DNA of 64,000 nt, from assembly GCA_951406725.2 (NCBI GenBank), contig OX597816.1:135780001-135844000 (forward strand), read 5' to 3'. The notes under the pieces are model-generated. The model was not told where the DNA came from. It did not search any database and was given only the letters and a program-made list of their open reading frames with translations. A program made the translations under genes and the position numbers. The stretch comes from Octopus vulgaris. Taxonomy: Eukaryota. Shown piece after piece: positions 57,145 through 64,000 of the stretch. Positions within the stretch are counted from its first letter, which is position 1; each line of letters opens with the position of its first letter.

Positions 57145-60100
57145 TATATATATATATATATATCTATATTCATTTGGTTCTGCTAATGAGGAAACTGTTA
57201 GTCCTATGACTTGGCATAACCATTCTTAAGTCTTTTACCATCTTGTGCTTTTTTTAAATCCTTTTTTAGTTTGTAAATATATTTTTAAAAACTCAATTGA
57301 ATGTATTATGTAAACCTTAAGGAAGCCATTTGTAAAATTGGAAAATGTTATAAGAAGGAAATATATTCATGGAGAGTGTCTTGTTGTGAGTATCGAAACT
57401 CAGCAACTACTAAAATGCTTTTTATGTAACTTCTCCATCATCCCTCCATTTCATTTCCTCTTCCCTACTATTTGGTAGCATTATTTTTGTATTGAAATTA
57501 TGTACTAACTTGCAATGTTTCATCTGTTGTCCATCTGTTGGGTTCTCAATTCCTATCCATTTGCAACCAGCAGCCAACTTCAACCGCTATTGCTATTGTA
57601 AAACATAATATATTTATTAATGGTGTTTATCTGAGGGTCATATTTTGAGTAAACTATCCTGATCTTACTACCAAACTGTGTGCTGACTAGCTTGTAGTCA
57701 ATTCCTTACTGATTGAGGTTTTTATTCCAAGTTGGGAATGACTAGTTACGCTCTTTGACTCTTTCCAAACAGATGGTGCTCTAAAATTTTTTTTCTTCTG
57801 TCACATATATATCTCAGTATTTCCATTTTTGCATGTATGTGGATGTATGTACATGCATGTACATACAAATGTGTGTGTGTGTGTATCTGTGTGTGTGCAC
57901 CATCTTTTTTTTTATCTGTGACATAGCAACCATAACACCTATTTGTTTTGAAAGCTATTCTCTTGGAAGGAATAAGCTTTTCTTGTTGTCACAGACATAA
58001 AAACTTTACAAAGCAGTGGATTTTACTTTTGCATTGATATCTGTAGCTACTGCATTTGTATTTTCAGTAAGAGATTGGTTCAACAGTGTATATTTGTATA
58101 TCTAGTTGTCATAGCCTCGCCAAAAAAAAGTTTCTTGTAATTTTCTATTTCCTTCTCTTTTTATTAGAATTAATATTTTTATCTCTAAATCTTTTGGTTG
58201 ATTAAGTTGTCCTTTGGAATCCAATTAGTGTGCTTGATGGCCATAATTTCATAAACTATAAACAGAGTTATTCACTCACTCTTTTTCCATATGCATGCAT
58301 ACAGCCTTTCAAAGAAAAAAAAAACCCTATCGTATAACAAAGATATAATATAAACATATGTCGCTGATATTTCCCTTGTAGGCAAGCAAAATTTAGTTGA
58401 GTTCAGTTGTTTCATTTTAAAATATAACTTGAAATTTCTAATAATTTTTTTTCTTCATGTTCTTGAATCATATGTTTATGACACCATTTCCTCATTGATG
58501 TATTTTTTCCTTCACAATTTCATTGAAATAACTGCCCCCTTGAATATTCTCTTTGTTCATACTATTATCTTTTTTTTTTCCTGAATGTTTCTTCCAAGAG
58601 CAATTAAAATTTCTTAGACGATGTATTATCAGTGCAATCTCAAGTACTAGCTTATTGAAACTGTACTCAATAATTCTGTCAGTTTCTTTTTCCATAAAAA
58701 AAAATTATCAATGGATATTGAGTACAGTTCACCTATTATCTGCTGTTTGATTTATTATCTGAAAACAAGGTTTAAATAATCTAAATAAGAAACAAAACAA
58801 AACAATATACTGATAAAATTAATATTGATTTAACTCCCAGAAAATTTTGCTGAGATTGCAATCTCGTCTATTTGTAATTTGTGCATGCATTTAGAGTTAG
58901 TTCATCTAACCAGTGCACTTCATTTCATCCTATCAAGTTATTGTTTATAAAGGCTGTTACTTGAGAAACCACATAAACCATTGTGTGTGCATGTGTAATC
59001 AAATTGTCCTGGGAGAAGGATTAAGGTCTGGCTGACAGCAATCTGTTAAGTATAGTTCAATCTACAGTGATACTAAGCAATAAGAATTACTGTAACTATA
59101 GCTACTTTCAAGTGTGACTTCTGTCTCATATGGTTTTTCATACTGATAGTTTTTATTCATATCAGCTTACTATTATGGTTACTATCACTAAACTGAACGG
59201 AATAGGTTTGGGCATATCGGTAATTGCCTTACTCAAAAATTATGTGGCTGTTTTCTGGGAATTCTCTAATGAGAAGAAAAATTAGCCTTAAAGAAAAGTT
59301 GATAATGCTCTGAATTATTCTGCAAAATTAAGATGTCAACATTAGATCTGATTTCTTTAATCCTTTCCAAGTAATTAGCTTTTAAACTTGTAATTAAGAC
59401 CAGAAGTTTTATCAATGAGTGTCTGGTTTCTTTGTATTTGAGATGTTCAAACTCAATAAATTTGCATTTCAAATTTTGAATTTTGTCACTCCTAAATCTC
59501 ACATCTTACAATGTGTTTGTTAACCAATTAGGTTTTGGAAAGCAAATTATAACACACAACTTCTTTGTTACAAGGATTTCGATATATAATTTAAGGACAA
59601 ATCTTAGATTCTCTAAAGAAGTTTGCTAAAAAAAAAGGGGTTTTCAGACTAAACATTTGAGTTGAAATATTGGGTTAATTCAGTTAATGATATAATTTTA
59701 AATAAGTAAATTGATTTATTTATTAATCAAATATTCATTAAGTTTTTGTTTTGCATTGCTAAATATCTTCAGTAATTTGAACAGTTTGATAATTGTTTGG
59801 TGTCAGATAACATTGTGGATTCTGTACCAAGGTAATTATGATTGTATTGTAAATTACATCATTAAATCAACACACCTTCATCACAGTATATGTCAAAATG
59901 CAAGAATAATTGCTTTGACTGATGTTACAGTTGTTGTTAGTATAGTTACAGGCATAGCATCAATGACAGTGTCAGGAAGCAGGACTTTTATCATTGTATT
60001 TAGTTTGTCTTCATGGCAGCAAGCTAAATTGCTCTTTATCTCATGTTTTACAATTAATAGTCTCCTGCTAATGACTGAGCGCTAACATTGTAGATGTGCT

Positions 60101-60427
60101 TGAATTTTGGTAACATGGCTGCTGGTTGGCTACGATGAAAAATATCGAAAACTATATTTTTGTCTATTTTCATTTTTTATTTATTAAATCTCGTCATTTT
60201 ATCTCTTTTGTTCACTCCTCACTAATGTCTGAGAATCTCTTGTCACTTCTGTCATCTCTGATTACTGGCTGAACATACACTCACACATGCGTGCACGCAT
60301 GCATATACACACACACGCACACACACACACACACAGGTATTCTCAGTTATATCTAACTTTCAGTGTAATGTCTCATCTTTCAAGAAAATACAATCTGTTC
60401 AGCTCTTATATTTTATACTTTCACAGT

Positions 60428-60468
<41 letters not shown>

Positions 60469-60917
60469 GTCTCCAATGCCGAAACATCAGGGAAGAAATA
60501 TGTATTGAAAAGGATACACACTCATACAAACAATGTACTTTTTTTTTTATCACCATTTCAATAAATGTAATGTAATCATGCTCACATTCACAAAATCATG
60601 TTGAATTAGTCTTTAAGTTTTCTTTCTAAATATTTTTTAATGATATTTTCACTTCATTTGACCTTTTTTTCCTGTTTCCCTTTTTTTTTTTTTTTTTGAA
60701 ATTCTCAACTGTTCTGTTGAAATGTATTTAAAGCCAGTAAAATTGTATCCTCTGACTTTCTATGTTTTTTTTTTATATATATTTTCTCAGATAAGAGTAT
60801 AATCTTATTAAAAGTAGCATTATTTCAATATCTGGGTCCTCAGAAAATAGTTTAACTGTTGAAAATTTACTATGAACAGAATGTTAAGATTATATGCTGT
60901 GTGCGTGCACATTGATA

Positions 60918-62070
60918 TATTAGGTCAGAGAGAAAGTCCTGCATTTCATAATGGGAAAGAGACAACTGCCTTTTTTGTCTTGATATATTTAATCGTGATA
61001 CTATTTCCCCTCATTATTGGTAACATAATGCCATCTATTTGGTAAATTTTTAAGCCCTTTTGTGTAAAATTCTTCAGGTTTCAAAGCAAAGAAACACTCA
61101 GTATCACTTCTGACCTCTTCACATTTAATAAACTGTTTTCCCTCTAATGTTGTAAAGATCTGAAAAATTGATAGATGGAGCATGGTCAGGAGTGTAAGGA
61201 GGATGAGGCAAAATCTATATTTAGTACCATAATCTTTTTTTGGGTGACTTGGGTAATATGTGGTCTTGCATTATCATGTAAGAGTAACATCCCTTTACGA
61301 TTGACCAATGATGGGCACTTTTCTTGCAAAGTTTGTGCCATGTTTGCAATTGATGACAATATTTCTCTCCATTAACTGTTTAATTTTGGTTTAATACTTC
61401 ATGATAGATGACACCATTCATATCTTGCGAAACCCTGCATAACTTTTTTCAGGTGCAGTCCTGGTTTGGGATGGATTTTCCTGTAGCATTGGGTGCTAAC
61501 TCTTGTCATTTTCATTGAATATATGATTATAGAGATCCTAATTTTCACTATTATGATGATCCTGTTCATGAAAGTTGGGTAACAAGTCTGCTCTTCAGTG
61601 ACAAGCAGAGGGTGACTCTTGGTGAGAAACAGTCATGTGATGAGGGATCCACCGACCAAGTTTAGACACTTTTTTTTTTTTTTTAGTCTATGAATATCTT
61701 TTATGATTGAAGTATAATTTGAATTGAACTGTTCTGCTAATTCTCATGCAGTTTGCTTTGGTTTTTCTTCAACTATGGTTTTCAGAAGCTCAATATTGAC
61801 AAAACTTAGTCGTCAAGATTGAGGGGAATTTGTAAGAGAAAAATTTCCAAAGCAAATCTGATCAAACCATTGTTGGGATGCCTGAATAACTAAAGCTTCA
61901 CTTCCATAGACAGAACAAATATTTCTTTGCTTTTAGATTGCTGAAGAGTCTTTTTTAAATTCACACAGTATGTAGTGGTTGATATGGGTTTGATCCAAAC
62001 TCATTTTAAAGGGTAAAAATCAATATGAATTTAACCACTATGGTTAACGGTAATCTGCCAAGAAAGAAAA
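60918..62070 (-). mobile_element. Decayed mariner transposon
   Basis: Minus ORF ...LEGKQF..CEEVRSDTECFFALKPEEFYTKGLKNLPNRWHYVTNNEG matches the mariner transposase C-terminus; tattaggtc... terminus. Confidence 0.75.
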
Positions 62071-62473
62071 AAAAACACATTAGAATGTACAAATTAATGC
62101 TTATTCTACTGTAAGTATTGAAAAGAACCCTCAAAATGCAACAGGATTTTCTTTCCAGCCTGATACATAAATGTAAACATATGCACACACGTATACACAT
62201 ACACACTGACTTGCCACATCATTGGCTCTATCTGCTTCATCAGGTTATAGTTCGGCTGACTATACATGTTGTTAAGGCTTGTTTTATTTACTAAAATTGA
62301 TAGAAAGAGTTCAGTGACCTTGCCGTGGAGTTTCGTAGGCTCCTTGTAGAAACTTAGCTCATCGGGCTCAGCATTCGGCTACCCGAGACCAAGAAGCTAG
62401 GTTTCTGTAAAGAACTTGTAAAATTTTAAGGCCGAATCAAACTGTTTTAAGTAAAAACTACAAACACACACAT

Positions 62474-62880
62474 TGACCGAGACCTTTGGCAATATACTGT
62501 GTTTGAGAAGACCCGTCAAGCCAAGTGAACTCGTAGTCGTGGCCGATGCCAGTGTCGCATAACTGGTACCCGTGCCGGTGGTACGTAAAAATCACCCTTC
62601 AAACATTAGGTCTCACGGAGGCAGTGACCAAGATCTTTGGCGATATACCGTGCTTGAGAAGACCTGTCAAGCCAATTGAGATCGTAGTCGTGGCCGATGC
62701 CGGGGTTACGTAATCGGCACCCGTGTCGGTGGCCTGTAAAAACCATCCTTGGAGTGGTGGCGTTAGGAAGAGCATCCAGCCGTAGTAACCATGCCAAATC
62801 TGATTGGAACCTGGTGCAGCTTACCAGTTTTCAGTCAAACCGACCAACCCATGCCAGCATGGAAAACGGACGACGTTCAT
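62474..62880 (+). mobile_element. RTE-related 3' element nested in Gypsy remnant
   Basis: Tandem gacctttggc..gagaagacc..tcaagccaa units, then the family 3' end. Confidence 0.7.
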
Positions 62881-63211
62881 GGTCGTGGGGTAGGGGTCTT
62901 CTAATAGTAAATAAAACAGAAAGTGAGAGTGAAAAGCTTGTGTTGTATTTCTTGTACACTGACTGCTACTGAGAAAAATTACACCTACATAGAGAAGGAA
63001 GTTCTCGTAGTGGTTTTTGTCGTCAAAAAACTTCAATATCTGTATGATCATTTTTCATTCTTTACATCAATTATAAACAATTGCTAGGACTGATGAAAAC
63101 AAGCTCATTCCTCCTCTTACTACTGCCTGAGTGCAACGGTGGGCGCTGTTCCGAGCAGCCTGTAGCTACAAATTAGAATTATCGTGCTAGCTCCTTCAAT
63201 GGTAATAATGA

Positions 63212-63420
63212 TTTCAAATTTTGGCACAAGACCAACAATATCAGGAGAGAGTGTAAGTCGATTACATCGACCCCTATTGTTTAACTGGTACTTATTTTAT
63301 AGACCCCGAAAGGATGAAATTCGATCTTGGTGGTATTTGAACTCAAAACGTAAAGATAGGTGAAATGCTGCTGGGCATTTTGCCAGGTATGCTAATGATT
63401 CTATCAGCTCGCCACCTTTC
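63212..63420 (-). mobile_element. SINE family 2 nested in Gypsy remnant, with target-site duplication
   Basis: Flanked by caatggtaataatgat (~63197-63212) and caacggtaataacgat (~63424-63439). Confidence 0.8.
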
Positions 63421-64000
63421 TCCAACGGTAATAACGATAGTCTTCAGTCGCCTTCCAAGAGAAAGATTGTTTCAAATCAGAGAACAAAGTTCATATGGTG
63501 GATTTGATTAACTCGCCTGTTACTGCGGTTGAACTGCATTCAGAGACCAGAGAAGATTCTGTTCCAAGGAGGGTATACGAATTAGCAGCAAACAGATGGG
63601 AATATAACACCGTAATTCCTGAAATAAAGACATACTTCAACCAGCGACTAAAAATCAGAATACCATAAGCCTGAAAGACGGAATACACAGCGCAACAAAT
63701 CATAAAAATACTTTAGGAAAATAGTAAGAAAAAACGGCCTCCAAAACATTTATTTACAAATTAAAAGATGATTACCGTCTCTACAATGTAAAGGGATCAG
63801 AATTCAAAGATTTGGATCCAAAATGTTTCAAGTGATGAGACATGGAGTGTTGACATCTATTACTGGCTCCTCTAACGTCAGATCTTCTGTTAATGGTTCT
63901 AAATGTGTTCAGATGCTAGTTAAGGAGGGGTTTGAATTTGTTTGGTGGTAGATTACTGTTTTGTCTGCTAGAAAAGTGTGTGGTGATGTTTGTGTAGTAC

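Larger units (their letters stand above)
62200..64000 (+). mobile_element. Decayed Ty3/Gypsy LTR retrotransposon pol region with nested insertions
   Basis: Frameshifted RNase H-like TLTATEKNYTYIEKE..VVF.VKK, VQRWALF, NGNND-SL-SRLP, then SPVTAVELHSETREDS...EIKTYFNQR. Purine tract taaggagggg at 63921-63930. Confidence 0.7.

Noticed and set aside
63491-63703. Minus-strand 70-aa hydrophobic ORF as a neighbouring gene exon
   Set aside because: It is the antisense of Gypsy pol-like coding sequence on the + strand.

Overview
AT-rich, intron-rich animal genomic DNA. The (TA)n/(CA)n-laden SINE, RTE and Penelope repeat landscape suggests a cephalopod, probably Octopus (inference). The window holds most of one + strand gene, a lysophosphatidylcholine acyltransferase of the LPCAT1/LPCAT2 family. 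Its first exons lie upstream of the window. Eleven coding positions from 4977 to the stop at 49630-49632 splice by GT-AG into one open frame containing HxxxxD, FPEGT and C-terminal EF-hands. Main discovery: the exon carrying the catalytic HxxxxD motif is present twice (4977-5194 and 13409-13629). Both copies are intact, share splice phases, are only ~42% identical, and cause a frameshift if both are included, so they behave as mutually exclusive active-site exons. One copy looks LPCAT1-like and the other LPCAT2/4-like. Candidate Rbfox and QKI elements and an inverted LINE pair flank them. Second theme: several intronic Penelope-type fold-back repeats carry minimal hammerhead ribozyme motifs, including a sense-strand tandem pair with a U3-A8 covariant core 203 nt apart. 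The rest is decayed Helitron, RTE, R4/Dong, Mariner, pogo, Gypsy, MITE and SINE copies plus microsatellites. The long low-complexity ORFs in the ORF track are artefacts.
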